Positions 24,859-38,819 of a stretch of DNA of 64,000 nucleotides are shown piece by piece. Within the stretch, counting starts at the first letter, position 1; each line of letters opens with the position of its first letter. The notes under the pieces are model-generated. The model did no database searches, was not told the origin of the DNA, and was given only the letters and a program-made list of their open reading frames with translations. Where the stretch lies: assembly GCA_973895155.1 (NCBI GenBank), contig OZ316893.1, positions 12,664,359 to 12,728,358 of the forward strand, in the 5' to 3' direction. The position numbers and the translations under genes were made by a program. The stretch comes from Marsupella aquatica (taxonomy: Eukaryota; Plantae; Marchantiophyta).

Positions 24859-25560
24859 CTATTGGGTGTTGCTCGTCAGTTGTACCACCAGTTGGTCTTG
24901 TTTTGTGGCTTCTTGTAGAAGCTGTGCCACCTCCACCTTCAGGACGTCAACCTCTGATGTATCTCTTTGGACTGGAGTGTCGGCTTTCTTTGCGTCCTTC
25001 TTCCAGATGATAGCTTGTCCCTTCAAGCTATCAATTTGTGTCTGTAGCCGCGCGATCTTTGCATCCTTTCCAGCTCCAGCTTGTGTGGCTAGGGCTGTCT
25101 TGGCTTTAGCTTTGGTGATCTGGGCCAAGGCGGTCGCAAGTTAGGGCTATAGCAGTTGTAGCTTGGCCTCTTGGGCTGAGGCTTCATTTAACAATTGGGT
25201 TGCCCTGATACTGCTCTATCCTCCTTGCGGCTTTAGACTGGGCATGCCCTGCCTTTACTAGCTGCAACCAATTCTTGGTTGAAGAAGTAAGCCACCTTGC
25301 AGGCCATAAACACCCCCATATCTTGACCAGCTTCCACGGAGAAGTTGTCGAGCAACCCATTCAAATATGTCCCCGGACCAAAGTTTCTTGGGTTCACCGG
25401 GTCATGCCTACTAGGGTTTGGGCAAGGGTCTCCCTCTATATGGGTGGGGGTGGGGGCAGATAGATCCAGTTCTGGGGTGACAAGAACAGGGATAGATGGA
25501 TCTGCTGAGGAGGAGGGCTCTATAGGAGCTAGCGTGGGGGATGTTGTCTTAGGGTCAAAG
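24859..25560 (-). pseudogene. Degraded retroelement accessory coiled-coil ORF, related to 8834-10441
   Basis: FSVEAGQDMGVFMACKVAYFFNQ resembles FSQTMSRELATYIGQQVSTYFQP and is followed by a coiled coil. Confidence 0.4.
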
Positions 25561-26399
25561 GCTGGACGTCGTTAAAAGGGATGTCACTTGTATTTGGGTT
25601 GGCCACCTTGTAACTGTCATCTTTATGTCTAAGGTTGTCATGGAAGAGACGCCATTGATGTGACCCTCATAAAAGGACGTCCAGGCTGTCACTTGTTTGC
25701 CCCCTTTTTCTTCTAAGCCATCTTTGAAACTCCATTCAATCTTGGGGATAGCTTGATACCACTTAAGAGGGCCTTATAAATTCTAAATTTAAATTATAGT
25801 ATTTCATACTTTAACTCACTTTAGGAATAATCACCAAATTTTAGTATTCATTGTGGTGATCATGAGACTATAGTTAAGAACGTTTGTCTAACACAAAAAT
25901 TGAGAGCGTGCAACTCACCATCGCAATGAGAATAGTAGCAAAATGGCTACCTTAAATACTCTCTTTTGGTCACATATATAGTGGGCACAATTGCCAGAGG
26001 AGCAGCAGGAGCAGGAGTAGGAGCGCCGACGGCCATCACGCACCCGTCACCAACAGGATCCCCGGAAGGATAAGGGCAAGAAGCCAGCCAAGAAGCCAAC
26101 CAAGAGGAGCCGCAAGAGCCCATTCTAGTTATTTTGTAGAGATACATGCATGAGAGTGACTTGTCATGCCGGAGCTTAGGGTAGGAGAGGCAGCATAGGT
26201 TTAGAAGGGCGGACCTAGCATCAGATATTTCCCCCCTCTTGTCCATGTATAGGGTTCTTTGAAGCCCTATCATTTTGTTCATGCTTTTCCATTTTATAAA
26301 ACAACAATTTTGCCTTCCACATTGGGTTCCAAGGAAAACCCCTTGCAAATAATGTATTGAATCCTGTGTGATCATAATTTTGTGAACCCTTTAAGAACT

Positions 26400-26912
26400 C
26401 ATTCCCATCGCACAATATTAACCCCAAGGCGTCGCACTTTTTGAGTCAATTAACTTCAGAACTTCAGATCCAAATATGTCGGGTTTTTGTGATACTTCTA
26501 GGATCGCACTTTCCTAATCGCAACCGTTCACAAACTTCTGAAATCACCGGTATTGCTCTTTGTCATACAATCCCCATCAAAACAATTGAACCAGTATCAA
26601 TCGCAAATATGATGCGATGGTAAATCCGTCTCAAATATTGACGCCCGCGCGGGACGTGTGCGTGTATGTTTGCGAACCTTATGCGACGTATAATGGATCG
26701 CAGAAGTATTGAATATTGCGAACCTCTCAGCTTCTCAGTTTGCCATGATGTTCCGATGCCGTTGCGATGGTCCGCGTGCGAAGTTATTAGGTTCGCAAAG
26801 TGCGAAGGGGGTGCGATGCGCGTATGTTCGCAATAGCCAGAATTATGAAAATCAGGGGCTTGTTAGTTGCGATGAGATTGTCTTCGCAAAACCGGCCGAT
26901 AGTGTTGTAGTG
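26400..26912. mobile_element. Probable orphan CACTA end
   Basis: Ends in GTGTTGTAGTG (reverse complement CACTACAACAC) after dense TCGCA/TGCGA subterminal motifs. No partner end found. Confidence 0.45.
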
Positions 26913-28179
26913 ATGATAAGTAGAGTTTTTGGCAACTTCTTTCATGCAACCTGACACGTCAAACCACACATTAATCATATATATTCTAGACACAAAGTAC
27001 TAATAATACAAAAAATGACTACTGAAAATTGTGGAGAGTAATACCATCAAATCTCCTTTGGCTGAAATTGTTACTTAGACATGGTGGGTAATTTTCCTAC
27101 CATCTCTGCAATCAAACAACTGTGAGCACCGGGTACCCCCCCAACCCAATGATCAAGGGAGTACACCACCCCACACACAAACATACCTGGCCTCATACCT
27201 GGCCATTTGATTCGAGGGAATTCAAAAGTAATCTTGTTTGTCTATGTGGGATTGATTCATGGGTCCCCATCAATCCCAGAATCCCAAACGAGTTGGGCCC
27301 CAAAATCCTGGTCCAACATTTACTTAACTCCCAACTTAACACATGCAGGTAAACAAGTCTACCATGCAAGCCCATGAAACCAAACTTGCCTTAAGAGGAT
27401 AAATAATTAAATGTCTGATTTACTATATGGACATGTGTGCCAATGAAGTGATGACATGTGTGCCAACCATATAGTGACACGTGTCCTTGGCATTTTAGGT
27501 ACCCTTGCATAAGATTAATGTGACATGTATTTGATAAGAGCCTTATTACTAATATTGTGATAAATGTATATACATGGATGTTGCCTACTTTAAAAAATAT
27601 TATAAAAATTAGTTTGCATTACATTAAAAATACCCTTGCGTTGTTTGCACGTCCTCCCTGCATTAGTAACGCTGAGGGCCCAGGGATTTAATCAGTCTCT
27701 CAAAAAGGAATAGGAAGCTCAAAAAACCCATCAATCATTTATTGACACATGGCAAGCAATGAATCATGTGATGACAAGTGGCACTTTTTGAATTGTTACC
27801 CCCTTACTTACTTCCTCGCTACTTCTAAGTACTTCCCTAAAATGAATAAAACGCCCCTTACTTCGTTCGCACATGATGTCAACATTTGTGGAAGTGACCC
27901 CCCCGAGATATCGCTTCACCGTCATGCGTCACATAGGTCAGTTTTGCTGAGAAGTCAGCAAATCTTTGTTGTTTCTTCATGGCATTTTGACACATCTTTC
28001 GAATTGCAGACAATTCATCTCCATTGTAGAACTACACATACCATGACAAAAGTGTACAATTACTTTACCTCAATCCATCATTACTTTGTGAAAACCATAT
28101 CACTGTCAACAAAACCAACAAAAGTAAATCTATATAGGTCTATCCATTTATAATATGAAAACATATCTAAACTGTGACT

Positions 28180-30290
28180 TACCTGGATCTGAATATGTGG
28201 TACTTGCCGTTGGAATCGTCGAAATTGGAACAGTCCATTGTTAGAGATCTGATGGACTCTCAACAAGTGCTTTGTAATTTCTGTCTCTTTTTTGGCCTTT
28301 ATGTACAAATCATCACGGTTTATTTGCAGTGGTGATAAAGGGCATTTTCCAATCCAGTCAATATATTCTTCTCGGAGTGAGATGATCTGGGCTTCTGAAA
28401 ATTTGCCCTTGGCAAATGAGTTTGGGCAATCCCTGTCATAAGCAATCCAACTCTGAATCCTTACATATCAACAAATCCCTGAATGGACCCTGCTTAAGTT
28501 GAATGATTTCATTTCAGAAGTAAACTTTCAAATTGGTAGCCTGATTGATAGCAAGAGAATCCAATGGAGATGAGATGAAGCTTTTGATAATTAATAAAAT
28601 ATACTTAGGAGGAAAAGCATTCAGAATGAGTAGCAAGTTACATATATAATAAGTTGATGAGGAAATCAAAAGTTCAACATTAAAGAGAATCCCCGTGAAC
28701 AACTTTAAAAAATGCATACCACAAAAATAAAACTTTCAAAAGCAATAGCAGACAAACATGGGAATAAGTCGATGGATAGACAGAAACCAAAAGGTCACGA
28801 AAATACACTACAAAAATTAAGCTTTATATCAAAAGCAATAGCAAGCAAACATTTGAATAAGCTGATATCGAAACCAAAAGGTCACAAAAATCCATTAAAA
28901 ATATTTAAAAGCTTGCAAAACCAATGACAAAGAAGCATTTGAATAAGCTGATGAAGGCAGGGAAACAGAAAGGCCAAAAAATCCACCACTAATGCCAGAA
29001 AATCATAATTTCAGAAAACCTACTTTTATGATCATAAATTTAGGATCCAAGAAAATTTAACAGTTGATAGAATTAAGACATGATGAATGCAAGAAAATCA
29101 AAGTTAATTATAGAAATTGAAATTAAGTTCATGAACCAACACCCCAATGATCGATGATGAAGACAGACAAAAGTACTAGATCAGACAGGCCAGCCAAATG
29201 ATCATAAGTATGGACATAAAAGCAATTGAACATCTGGAAGATCAATAATAGAGAAGGTAGTCTGTACCTGAAAATCTGCAATGATATCTCCAAATTAACC
29301 CGAACAAATTCGGGATCAAGCTCTTTTGTGAGTTTTTGTAGTTGTTCCCAAGCTTGCCATCTTGGAATTGCTCCTCCACCAAAATACTTCTCAAAATCAA
29401 ACTTGGTATATGTACTCAAGCTTTCTAACGTATCCAACATAGGTGCAACTTCATCCTCAAGCATTGCCTGTGTTAGTCCAAGTTTAGCATCTCTTCGATG
29501 TTGGAGGAATTCAATGTGGTGGCCAGCATTCCCACCTGTTTTACTGCGTTCCTCTTGTAAGACAGCATCAAAGTTTTGCCAAAACATCTCCTCAGCAGCT
29601 TCATCCATTGACAAATCCACAGTCAAAATTATGCCTCTATCAAATTCCGAGAGTCGTTCTCTTGCTGTACAATAAGCTTCCAACAAGGCGGTTGTTTCAT
29701 TCCCCCAATCTATGGCAGTGTCTTCCAATTCAGCAATTGGTTCAACGACAAAATGTTGTGGTCCCCCACCCGGGGTGTACCGTGGACCTGTTCAAAGTTA
29801 TACCCCAAATACAAGTGTGAGTATGTTTACATTAGGCAGTGGCCTAGATGACATTTGCCATGAAGAATTGCAACAAGTTGTGAAAAGATTTTTTGGGTAC
29901 CACCAAATTTGGAGGTTTGACGAGAAAGGCCAAACACGTTGGTTGCCAAAATCAGAAGTCTCTCTAGGCAGCTTAGTTTTGGCATGCAGCCATGAATGTC
30001 CTTTACATTTGGCTAAGTGTATCAAGCGGCACTTTGCAGGGTCACAGGATTGCGCATTGCCAATTTGCAAAGAGTAAATTCCTCACAGCCTCAATCCCCT
30101 ACATAATTCCTTGTATACTATACAACAGGTAACGACAGAGCAGGGACACGGGTTCCTTGGTGCTTTCAACACATATTAGAGGGTACGATTGAGTTGTTAT
30201 AGCAAATCTCAATCTTTGCAAAAGTCTCACATTCTGAAGGGCCACATTACAAAGGGAAGATGCACATACAAGACAGCCCGATAGGCGCAT
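28180..30290 (-). pseudogene. Degraded spliced gene of unknown function
   Basis: 199-aa ORF 29129..29728 is in frame with 29798..30070 across stops. AG|GT donor near 29267 and a downstream exon ending CAG|GTAAG near 28183. Confidence 0.4.
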
Positions 30291-32583
30291 ATTTAGGCAC
30301 GGTCATTGATCAAGGCTAATTAATAATACCTCTGTGTGATGCCTCCGGCCTTGGACTCAGATTTTTGGGTTCCAATACAAAGGGATGTTGTACAGAGTCA
30401 CCATCGCGCACTTCATTTTGGCGCCTTGAAGATTCTTGGACCAGCAGAAAAGGTTGTCCATTTCTAGCTTGCCCCACCTCGCGGCCAACTAGTGGTGGTT
30501 GTTGTAAATGGATTTGTAATGGTAAAGTCGATGGTGTACCTATGGATCTCATGATCACCAAAACTTAGCTCAAACAATACAAAAGGAGACAGTCTCTTAC
30601 AGTCTACAGCATGGGCCCTTTCTAGTAGACAAGGCCGCCCTCATAGTATTCTCTGTGAAGTCTCAAATCAAGATCAACTATGATTTATCAGTGAGGGCAA
30701 CTAACAAGTGTTGGGCATCTTAAGAACTCACTTGAAATACTGGAAGGTGACGAGAAGTTGCAAGTGTGTTGGAGTTGAAGAACCCGATTGGAACGGTTTC
30801 CCACATTTGTTGGTAGTGCAGTTGAATCCAACCATCTTCTTGGTGAGTGAGGCCACTCTATTGATCGATCAAACAATGGCATAAGTACTGTTTAGTTTGA
30901 GACTTCTTGGCCGGGCTTGACAAAATGATAATATATAGAGTATGTTACATTGTATACTAGATACAGAGTGAGCAATATACCTGTTAGTAATTCTGTTGAG
31001 TCTGCCAAGTTGGACCTCCCATCCAACCAGTTTGAGGTGCCATCCAACGTTTCCAATTGAGATCTTGAAATACAGCAGTTTGAGCTCTCTGCTCGTGTAT
31101 CAGAGTTCCAAGATTGTGATGGACTTTCCAGAGGTTCTGACTCACGTTGAATTGGCTCATGCTCTGTTTCCAAAGCATCATCTGAACGACAAGATGCACC
31201 TTACATTGTCAAATTTCAATCAATCTACTATATACCGGGCTGTACTCAAACAATACATGAGAGGTTTGCAACTTTCTTACCTTTTGCAACAGTACGTTGA
31301 TTTGTTTGCCCATTTGCTTGTCGAGTAGATCTGCGGCCTCCTTGTGAAGGCACAATCTTAGTTGCCCCTGTATTAGCCGCTGCTTCCACATGGTAGTGGC
31401 TAATTTGTTGTGGGGTCATCTGGTGAGTAGGATCCTGGATGTAGACCACTCGTGCATTTCGTGGGAAGTCCCTCCATTCTGTAGTTGCAGATTGGAAAAA
31501 TGGATCTAATGATGCACAACCGAGCGTGTCCATTGTATCTTTGTGTTGCCCTGCATGTGTCTTTGTAAGAAAACAACCAGGTACATTTGTGAAATGTCTG
31601 TCTGACCATTCTTGGGATGCCACCACTTTTGCAATGTGTAATTGCGCTGATCCCTCTGGAAATGGACGTCCATCATAGGCCCCGCCCCAAGGTGTAGATC
31701 CAGGTAGTCAAATGCGAATTGGATCTGGCCTCAATTTTTCCACTTTCTTCATGCAACAACTTTGATGGCCAGTACGTGTCAACTTGTTCTGCCTCGTAGA
31801 TCAAGAGAGGGACATGTATAGCACGCTCCACCTCTTTGTCATGACGTGATCTATTCCTGATCACCGGCGCAGGTCTTGCAACCATTGGTGGTCGTCTTCG
31901 TGAATTCAACCCACCTCTAGATTCTCCATCAAACCGGTATCCAGACTGATGATATGAGAATGGAAATGGAAGGATTGGAGGTGATAACGAATCATTGGCT
32001 TGCAAATGAAATGCTCTGCACCCGATACTTGAGATGCAGGGGTCCTCAGAGTTCTACCATATCCTGGCACGAGGTTCCTTTGCTGTAAATAGCTAGACTC
32101 TGCGGGCTCATCCATATTTTGCATAGAATTATAGCTTGTGTTCACTTGCTAAATCCAATAGACAGAGTGAATTCAAAGATTGCTCGAAAGATGTTGACAA
32201 ACTTGATCGACAAGTAGTTCCGCAAGCGGGCCCGCAAGTAGTTCAAGAGAAGCAAAGAAGCAAAGAAGATAAAGTATGCACAAAAGTGATACTGTTTGGA
32301 TTGGAAAGGTAGTCCCTGGCAAGTACTGTGGACTGTGCTCTCTCGATCTATATAGGCTTTACCTATTGTGTGTAAGTTGTGAAAGTCCAGCTAAGGGCAA
32401 CCCTCAATTTGACAAAGGAAGCCCCTCTTTTGCAAAGTCTTCCCTTAATCTTCCCCACAAGCAATCATGATAGCCCCCTTGTGCATAATGGGCACCCTAA
32501 ATTTTGGTGAGGGAGCATGTCGTACACAAAGGTGCCGCTCGATTTGGTGTGGAAGTCCCTCCTTAATTTGCGAGTAAAGTTAC

Positions 32584-32750
32584 ATCATCAGTTATCAGTG
32601 TTTTCCACCAGTCGCCACATCATACCCGATACTTGAGATGCAGGGGCCCTATCTCAGCTGCTCAGCTGAGATTCAGAAATTTCAAGGCAACCAAGCTGAT
32701 AACTGATATCAGTGACTGATATCAGTTATCAGCCACTGATAACTGATGAT
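32584..32750. repeat. Small foldback or MITE-like element
   Basis: 17-bp terminal inverted repeat ATCATCAGTTATCAGTG and an internal perfect 19-bp hairpin at 32695-32733. Confidence 0.65.
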
Positions 32751-35700
32751 CCTTGCTACCCCTTAATTTGCAAAGTGTGGAGTTTGTGAAAGGATTCTTA
32801 GTGACCAATTTTGAGTCTCTAGTTTTGTGAGTGTCCATTCTTTAGACGTTAGGTAAACAATGTTTCTACCCGGGCGATTTGGAAATTTGCTAAAAAATTC
32901 ATGAATTATTATCTTTGTAGACTATGTGGCCATTACATTCAAGTACGTAGCTATACAACCTTTTAATGGTAAAAAAAGTATCCATTTTGAAATAATCTCA
33001 TACTGTTCACTGTACAGCCGCCACCATAACAATTAATACATCTAAAGAGAAAGTTGGTTTTAATGAATCTAGTTGTGATTTATAAAATGGAGTTATGTAC
33101 ATGGGCACGGCAACCTTGAGGTTCATTATGAGCGTGTAACTTGTACCTTGTTGTTGGTGCCACTGTCCATTGCTCACTTTGTGCGCCCCACTCTTGTCAA
33201 TTATTTTATTCAGGGAGACGAGTCCCTGTTTTGTCATTAAATGCATCTTGGTTTTCCCCCACACCTCACCGGAAGACTCTCCTTGTTTTTGTGTCCCACT
33301 TTTTTCAGGCCAGCTTTTTTGGGTCCCCTGGCTGCCCCTGCCCATCCCATGCTTGGGCAGCCCTTAAAACCTTGCCCTTTTTGGTAACCCCTTTATTTCT
33401 ATTTTAAATAATAGGTTCTCTGGCCCGCTCTCTGGTCATTAGTCAGATTTTTCTGACTGTATTTTTTGAAAGTTTGAAACATGGAAATAAAACCCAAGAC
33501 CAAAGAGCCAAATAAGACGAGAGTAGTCACCAATTGCAAGAAGAACTAAACCCTCCCTACAATTTTTTTTTCAGGCAGGAATTCCTCTCAGCATTGAGTG
33601 TGGTTGCATTGAGGCCTCTTTTGTAGGAACAAAATTATCTCAGATTCCAGAAATTAAAGAACTATCTGGTTGAAGGAGAATGTATATGTGACATTTCCAA
33701 AGAACAAAAAATGTCAAACCAGGAAACAGGATACCAAAGGCAAGTGACTCAATAATGGGGTGAAAACATTAGCCTAACCTCTGTAAGATTAAAGAGCCAA
33801 AATAAGCCTGAGTCCAAACAACTGCAAAAATGACTAAAATAACTACAACCCTACAGACAAAATTTTATGGCATGAATCAAAGGATGTCAAAAAGTCTGGT
33901 TTGGTTGAGAAATGGAGTTGAGAAAAGACAAAGAAAGGAATTTCACGGCAGAAACTAAACGATCACAAAAAGTGCCAGCGTGCAAAATACTTGATGGGTC
34001 CCCTCTAGGTAAAGATAATCGTGACTAGCCCCTCACTTTTCAAATGTACTTAATGGGGCCCCTTGTCCCTGCAACCCTTTCTCGTGACCTGTGTGAGTCT
34101 TTTCTGCATTTTTTAATTGTAACATAATCCTACAATTATCTACATCAGTCCACCAAATGTACTCTCTAGAAGCAATTTTAAGTGTACACTTGCTTAAAAT
34201 AAATAGATAACATATGTACAAAGTATTTAGCCCTTGTCACTACCATATTCATTTTTTTCATGTTTTGAAATACTTGTGCAAGGTAAGTACTACTTTAAGG
34301 TACCTAATATGTGCTCTCTTTAGTTATTCCATCTCAAAGTTTTTGGCAGTACTCACACCTGAAAGTATTTCTCCAAAGCATAGTCTTACCTGAACTTTAG
34401 TAAGGCGAGTCAATGGTTTTGGGTACTATTTTTAAAAATTTGTTTTCTGCAAATAAATCACGTGTGATTTAAACAATTCTTTGATGCTATTTTGCCAAAA
34501 AAAAAGGAGTCCAACGTTAGTATTTCCTAAACACACCAAGTTCTTTTTGTGAAAGTTTCTTTTGTGTCACTTTGAGTAAACATAGAGACGTGAATTGTGA
34601 TATGATTTTGATAGCTAATTTTGTGGTTGTTTCACCAACATTGAGCTCAAATTTTAAGGTCATATAACTGCTTTTACATTTGTTACTATGTGCATCCTAA
34701 TGCTCATTTTTATGAATTCAATTGATGCCTTGTGAATTCAACCCTAAACTATTTCCCTAGTAGCGACAAGTTTCTTTTAATTCCCTGGAAAATTTTCAGA
34801 AGGACGAGAACTTTTTTTATGTGATTGAACCTTTTCATTAAAGTAGTTAAACTATTTTATTCAGATTTGATTCTAGATATTAAATTATGTTCTAAAAATG
34901 ATTTCCTTGAGATATCAAGAAAGTTCAGAATATAATCAATCAAATGTGCCCCAATGTTAGTTAAATACTTTCAAAAACTTAAATTTGAGAAAAACTTTGC
35001 CCACCCGTGCTTCCTCAACAAGTCAATCATATTTGTTCCCTTTCTAATCTGAAAATAACACTGCAAGCATATTGTGCCAACCATATGCATCTTTAGTTCC
35101 CTACTCACCCTACAACTCAATTAAAACCAGAGGATAAAGATTGGGTACAAGTGGAAATTTCTATCCCGGTGGGAAATTATTGTAGTCATCATTGGTGAAT
35201 GGAATTTGGACCTCTTCCACCATAGGATTGACGTGACCCAGGATTGTTGATCATCCACCAAGAACATACTGGGTTCTTACTTCCATATTGGACTTCCCAG
35301 TTACTTTTCCTCTAAGGGCCAGTCACAAAGGACACATCACTTTCACATAGAAGAAAAGTGTAATCAAACAAAAGCATAACCACTCTCATTATTAAATAAA
35401 ATTAAATCAAAGTTGCACCTGCTTTCTATATAAAATATATTCTGGTAGTCCTTACTCTCACCAATAACCAATACGTGGGTCCAGGTATTCAGGACCAGTT
35501 TAATTTGGTTTCATATGAACTTAATTAACTAACAAAATTCTTGCAACGTCCTCCGGGTTATGACATTGATATCCACTAATGTCGGGTGGTTGGGTTTGGG
35601 TTTGATGGTGATGTTCTTTAATTAACATAAGGTAACCAAAACTAAGGAACCTTGTAAACTAAGCCTTTCATGGTTATGTTCCTTATGGTTATCTTACAAA

Positions 35701-36019
35701 ATAATTTAAAACAAAAACACAGACACAAAATCTCAATAGGACAAATTAAGTAACTTCAGTAGGCTCCCAAACAAGGTAGCCATACCCATTGAGATTTCTT
35801 ATATGTGTTTTTATTTCTAGGCTTTCAAGTGTACGTATCAGGAGTGCAATTCATTTCAACCCAACCTGAGGAGGGAGATGAGCCGCCAACAAAATCAGCG
35901 GCCAACATTTGTCACACACTAAAGTTATTGAACCTGATGATACACCCTCAAACTTGGTCGAACACTCCTTTGAATCCTTGCAAGAGAGAAGTCGAAATAG
36001 ACTTGGCAAGCAGCAGAAG

Positions 36020-37404
36020 TCGAAGCTGGTAAGGAGGCAGGAGGACCACCTCGGAGCATCCGATTTTTCATTTCTCACTGAAATCTCCGTTCATGCTGTA
36101 ACTTTACCAGGACATTGTCTACTACTTGAGGTACGTGCTGGCCGAGTTTGGTCCCATTCCGCTTAGGGAATGTGGCTCCAAAAATTCCACGCTCCCTGCT
36201 TCCATCTCTTCAACATTGCTTCCCTTATTGAACGATTGATTTCTGAGTACTTCAAAGCAGTGATGTTCAACAGCTACGACTCCTGTGATATTGTCATCTT
36301 GTTAGGGACATGGCTGAGAGAACACAATGTAGCTAGACTCGTTTGTAGGTCTAGCAAGTACGAGCTAATCAAAGTAGTGGCAAAGGAGAGGATTCGAAGG
36401 TGGCTTGGGAGGCAGGAGGACCACCTGGGAGCATCCGATTTTTCATTTCTCACTGAAATCTCCGTTCATGCTGTTATTTTGCCAGGACATTGTCTACTAC
36501 TTGAGGTACGTGCTGGCCGAGTTTGGTCCCATTCCGCCCAGGGAATGTGGCTCCAGAAATTCCACGCTCCCGACTTCCATCTCTTCAACATTGCTTCCCT
36601 TATTGAACGATTGATTTATGAGTACTTCAAAGTAGTAATGTTCAACAGCTACGACTCCTGTGATACTGTCATCTTGTTAGGGACATGGCTGAGAGAACAC
36701 AATGTAGCTAGACTCGTTTGCAGGTCTAGCAAGTACGAGATGATCGAAGTAGTGGCAAAGGAGAGGATTCGAAGGTGGCCTGGGAGGCAGGAGGACCGCC
36801 TCTGAGCATCCAATTTTTCATTTCTCACTAAAATCTCCATTCATGCTGTAACTTTACCAGGACATTGTCTACTACTTGAGGTACATGCTGGCCGAGTTTG
36901 GTCCCATTCCGCCTAGGGAATGTGGCTCCAGAAATTCCACACTCCCTGCTTCCATCTCTTAAATGTTACTTCCCTTACAGAACGATTGATTTCTGAGTAC
37001 TTCAAAGCAGTGACGTTCAACAGTTGCGACTCTTGTGACACCACCATCTTGTTAGGGAAGTAGCTAAGAGAACACAATGTAGTTGGACTTGTTTGCAGAG
37101 TACAAGCTGATTGAGATAGTGGCAAAGGAGAGGAGTCGAAGGTAGCTTGGGAGGCAGGAGGACCTCCTCGGAGCATCTGATTTTTCATTTCTCACTGAAA
37201 TCTCCGTTCATGCTGTAACTTTGGCAGGACATTGTCTACTACTTGAGGTACGTGCTGGCCGAGTTTGGTCCCATGCCGCCTAGGATTATGGCTCCAGAAA
37301 TTCCACGCTCCCTGTCTATCTCTTCAACATTGCTTCCCTTACTGAACAATTGATTTCTAAGTACTTCAAAGTAGTGATGTTCAATAGCTACGACTCCTGT
37401 GATA
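36020..37404 (+). repeat. About 375-bp satellite, right part (about 3.7 copies)
   Basis: GGAGGCAGGAGGACC at about 36033, 36408, 36783 and 37149. Confidence 0.92.
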
Positions 37405-38766
37405 GATGCAGGCCCCAAGAAATCTCCTTACCTCTGAGGTAGTTCTGCAGTTCTCCATATCCTTGATGGCATCCACTTTTGCTTCACATGGTCTTCTTCC
37501 ATAAGGGCCACAAACTTGCCCTACTACCATGATCTCTTGTAACCCGAAAGCTGACTTATCCCCAGATAGAGTTACTCCTACTTCCTTGAGTCTTTGTAGA
37601 ATAGCTCCCACATCTTGTAAGTGCTCCCACACAAACTGTCTTAGACCATCTCCTCTAAGTGTTTGATCCCTCTCCTTGTACAAACACCCTTTTATGGGGA
37701 TGTCATCAAGAAAAGGTCTAGTCTTCTCTGGAACAAATGGTTGCAAAATCCTATTCATGGCATTTTGCATATGGGCCACTGAGTTAGTTTCACCTTGAGG
37801 AAGGGTGCACATTCTTAACAACCCTAGTGGCGTTCTCATAGTAGTAATGTCCCTGCTATCTTGGGCAAGCTGAAACTGATCATACCCTGAGTATAAGTCG
37901 CTAATGGAGTAGATTGCTCTCCCAGCAAACTCCTCAGCAAACTCATCCACCACAGGTCCTGTGCCCACATTCCTTATGGTGACCTTGTTTGGTGGCTGCA
38001 TGTCTTGAATGAACCTTAGCTTCCCATTCTTCTTTCTCACCGTGAACCACTGATTTGAGTACGGAGCGTTTGATCTCTCAAGGATTTTGGTATCTAACTT
38101 CTCCTTGAGTAACTCCACCAACTTAGGCATCAGTGCTCGTGGTACAGGAATTGGCTTAAGGTCCCAAGGAACGTGTGGAACAGTGAAGATTACCATTGGT
38201 GTGATCTCCCTTGGATCAACACATCCAATCTCTCCAATGGAAAAGGAAAAGGCCTTTTCATGTTTGATGATCATCTCATTGAAGGCTCTTCTCTCTTCCT
38301 CTAGTAAACCCTTATCACCAATCTTTAATTTGAGCAACGTCTCCTCAGTGAATTTATGCCCAATCTTAGTACGATCTCTAAGACTTGGCTCCTCCTTTGC
38401 TTGCTTCAATATTTCCTTAGCCTCAGATGGCAAGGGAACTGCTGCAGGTCGCACCTTCTTGTCCACTGTTTTGTACTTTGTGTGTACTTCTGCAAAGCGC
38501 TCAATGTAACCATACACATCCCTTTCCACCTCCACTTCTCCATTTTCTTCCTCAATGTCTCCAATAATCTCTCGAAGAGAGGGTGGTAATCCCCTTTCCT
38601 CTAGTACTCCTTCTATTCTCTCTTCAACCTTCAACACTCCTAATGTGAACAAATCTTTTTCTTTCTTTTCCAACATCTTCTGAGCTCGCCTCTTCACACC
38701 ACCTTTATGAAAATAGCTCACTTCACTAGTCCTACTCACACCAACAAAAGAGGAATGAACCTCCAT
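37405..38766 (-). pseudogene. Ty3/gypsy reverse transcriptase, truncated at the inversion breakpoint
   Basis: KKNGKLRFIQD, DLYSGYDQF, LPQG, FLDDI, ending VRRFLGACI. Confidence 0.93.
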
Positions 38767-38819
38767 AGACGAGACTAAAGGCTTGGCGTCCTGCCTGCTC
38801 GCTTCTCTTAGCGGGATGC

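Noticed and set aside
36170-36805. 211-aa ORF with an internal 125-aa repeat
   Set aside because: It arises from the 375-bp satellite, whose other units contain stops.
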